DNA of 64,000 nucleotides from Okamejei kenojei (taxonomy: Eukaryota): contig CM069139.1 in the NCBI GenBank assembly GCA_035221665.1, positions 57,350,001-57,414,000 of the forward strand. Reading direction: 5' to 3'. This document shows, in pieces, positions 62,415-64,000 of the stretch. The translations under genes were made by a program, and so were the position numbers. Each line of letters opens with the position of its first letter. Position 1 is the stretch's first letter. Below the pieces are notes generated by a model that ran no database searches, was not told the DNA's origin, and saw only the letters and a program-made list of their open reading frames with translations.

Positions 62415-62867
62415 ATTGTCATGTGTCCCAGATAGGACAATGACATTCTTGCTTGCTGCAGCACAACAGAATATTGTAAGCATAAATACAGAACATTACT
62501 TTAATATTAATGACTAATTGGGGTCAAGGAAAGAGCGTTCACGTCGCGGCCCTGTTTCCACCAATCTTTCCACCACCACGCACAAGAAGCACAAGCGACA
62601 AGACAGACACGATTGTGTGCAGATGCTGAGAAGTGTGTTCAGCTCTGGCTGAACAACTTCTAATCTTGTGTGTGGACTCGATAAGAAGAAGAATGAGTAA
62701 CATGCTAGTCACATGCTTTTTCTGTTGTTTCCTGTTCGCCAGCTCGGGGGGCTTTATGGGTGCTGTTGAATAGAGTTGACTGCTGCCTATGTTGGGAATT
62801 GTGCCCCTTTGCTTCTGAGAGTCCCATTGGACCTTCACTTGCTGTAACCTGCAGAGAGCGGTTCTAG

Positions 62868-63210
62868 GTTCATAAGTTCATAAGTTATAGAAGAAAAATT
62901 AGGCCATTTGGCCAATCAATTGTACTCCACCATTCAATCATGGCTGATTTCCCCCTCAACCACATTCTCCTGCCATCTCCCCATAACCCCGACACCCGTC
63001 TTCTTCCCGTAACCCCGACACCCGTACTAATTAAGAATCTGTCAATCTCCGCCTCCATATCCGTCTGTGGCAATGAATTCCACAGATTCACCACTCTCTG
63101 ACTAAATAAATTTCTCCTTATCTCCTTTCTAAATGCAGATCCTTTTATTCTGTCTGGTTCTAGACTCTCCCACTAGAAACATCCTCTCCATATCCACTCC
63201 ATCCAGGCCT
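62868..63210 (-). mobile_element. CR1/HER1 LINE 3' fragment
   Basis: VNLWNSLPQ motif and (TTCATAAG)n tail. Confidence 0.85.
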
Positions 63211-64000
63211 TTGTTTTGTTTTGGATTACTTGAAGGTTGCGGCACACAGAATCTAACATCGCTGCTTGTGAAAGGTTGTTCTAATGTATTTCTTCTAGAC
63301 CTTAATCTTCAACCAAATTTCCCTCCCACATGGAGCAGCTGTTTAACCATGATACACTTTGCTGGTGATACACAGCCCTGTTGCAGGGATTTGGGATAGA
63401 ATGGAGACGATGGGCTGAGTGGCGGATTGTTCTATGTTTTATCCCGAGGCATTTTCCATGGATTATTTCCCTCGTGGTATATTCAGCCTGTCTGCAATCA
63501 TTTGATAGGTTTATATCTTGATATAATTTTTATTGATCAGTGTTGAAAATGCACAACTGTGGCACTCGATGTGAATGAAAGTTTGTGAATTGGCATGTTC
63601 GATTTTAACAACTGCATTTATCTGCATATTCTTGTCATCTTCATATTTATTCTCTTTCATTCATAAAGTAATTTTCTATCTCCCTAATGTACTATACCAT
63701 AAATTAATCAGAACAATTTGGCTTGTTTAAAGAAAATAACTTTGAACGACTATTATTTAATTGATCTTTTAATTAAATGTGTTAACATTTATATCTTCCT
63801 AAATTTATCAACACTTAGATATTTTCAAATTAGTTGTTTTTTAATTGGTGCATAATTACAGCTCAAATGCACCGATTAGACTTATTTTAATAAACATTTT
63901 GTGCTCTAATAACTACTTGAAGTAATTCGATCCAGCAAACCTTACCCTAGACTTGAAATGAAATATATCTAATAAGAATGGTTGCAAAATAGACTTTTGT

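Noticed and set aside
42189-64000. Upstream MEIS2 homeodomain exon ([26 protein letters not shown])
   Set aside because: Not found by eye; presumably beyond the window, so this stretch is treated as intron.

Overview
Vertebrate genomic DNA, very likely a cartilaginous fish (skate/ray, judged from HE1-type V-SINEs and HER1/CR1 LINEs). It holds the tail-to-tail 3' ends of two genes: the last coding exon of CDIN1 (C15orf41) on + (10987-11140) and the last four exons plus 3' UTR of the TALE homeobox gene MEIS2 on - (42130-42188, 39620-39730, 39218-39313, 36677-36963, UTR to ~35115). The MEIS2 exons show the alternative 21-nt acceptor, the stop-containing cassette exon and a GC donor. The rest is intron/intergenic DNA with enhancer-like repeat-free blocks, a CpG-retaining, nearly transposon-free domain 3' of MEIS2, and many repeats (SINEs, CR1 and Rex1-like LINE fragments, a non-autonomous Helitron, a hAT MITE, a solo LTR). 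Most notable: (1) a family of short Penelope-like repeats with a hammerhead-ribozyme core, two copies of which are TSD-flanked ~100-bp insertions starting at the same base; (2) an open 29-codon read-through / alternative 5' donor behind the MEIS2 GC donor; (3) an unexplained 84-bp near-perfect duplication in the CpG-rich domain. Most entries in the ORF track are spurious. Exon numbers follow my recollection of the human gene; repeat boundaries are approximate unless TSDs or termini are given.
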